Below, piece after piece: positions 63,559 to 64,000 of a DNA stretch of 64,000 nt (position 1 is the first letter of the stretch; the number at the start of each line of letters is the position of its first letter). The DNA is taken from contig JANOAV010000212.1 in the NCBI GenBank assembly GCA_031411295.1, forward strand, positions 42,214 through 106,213, given 5' to 3'. The stretch is from Verrucomicrobiales bacterium. GTDB lineage: Bacteria > Verrucomicrobiota > Verrucomicrobiia > Verrucomicrobiales > V1-33. The position numbers and the translations under genes are program-made. The notes beneath the pieces are model-generated. The model ran no database searches. It was not told the DNA's origin and saw nothing but the letters and a program-made list of their open reading frames with translations.

Positions 63559-64000
63559 TTAGCTTACCCCAGCCAGCACTGCTGCCACGGCCGACGCCCG
63601 ATTCTCCACCCCCAGCTTGGAGATCACTACCTGCACTTGTTTGCTCACCGTCCGAGGTGACGAAGTCAGGATGCTCGCGATTTCCTCGTCACGTTTTCCC
63701 TGGGTAACCCAAAAGAGCACTTCGCGTTCTCTGGGGGTGAGTTGTTGGTTTCCGGGCAGGCGCTTGAATAGGGCGCAGCGACCGATGACGCGTTGCAAAT
63801 GAGGATGCAGGAGTTGCTGCAAAAGAATTCCTCATCAGTAAAGACGCGGTCTCGGTTAAAACCCAATGCCTTTAAGGATTCAAAAATATCTGGAATTCTG
63901 TAATTTCCCATGGCGCCCTGCCAGCTTCTGATGGATTGGGCGGATGCCCCATAACTCCCTGCCGCTTCCCGCATTCTTTTCCAATTTCGCCGCAGCCTTT
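63559..64000 (-). pseudogene. LuxR-family HTH regulator, 5'-partial, apparently frameshifted near 63821-63824
   Basis: LTPREREVLFWVTQGKRDEEIA...KLGVENR; the upstream FNRDRVFTDEEF segment is in another frame, joined across a T4 run. Confidence 0.65.

Overview
GC-rich bacterial chromosomal window, probably Verrucomicrobiota (inferred from long-form IspG, large lamin-tail/CotH and He_PIG surface proteins, and weak SD signals). 1-17 kb holds housekeeping genes (rseP, ispG, cinA, tRNA-Thr, yebC, prsW-like, purB, recQ) and a lipocalin/desaturase/FAD-oxidoreductase/DUF1365 lipid-modification cluster interrupted by a Fic gene. 17-35 kb is an accessory zone: several TA modules, a secreted tail-collar fibre gene pair, an ATPase with an in-frame amber codon, two interleaved diverged direct repeats, a large metalloprotease, galU and tRNA-Arg. 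37.7-45 kb encodes a 2400-aa LTD/CotH protein. The highlight is 45.2-62.6 kb, a 15-gene co-oriented nitrogen-scavenging locus. It combines an ABC importer, creatininase-like hydrolase, type III GS/GmaS-like ligase, Rieske oxygenase, GFA, SDR, FGE-fold, PuuE-like and TIM-barrel genes with the guanidine carboxylase pathway (cgdAB, uca with the Asp specificity residue, atzF). I see no guanidine riboswitch; instead there are two sigma-54-type promoters, each with NikR-type operator half-sites, and a NikR paralogue missing two nickel ligands. Three palindromic heptamer-repeat elements lie in this locus: two supply start codons and one is inserted in frame in uca. Product calls come from motif recognition by eye; no database searches were run.
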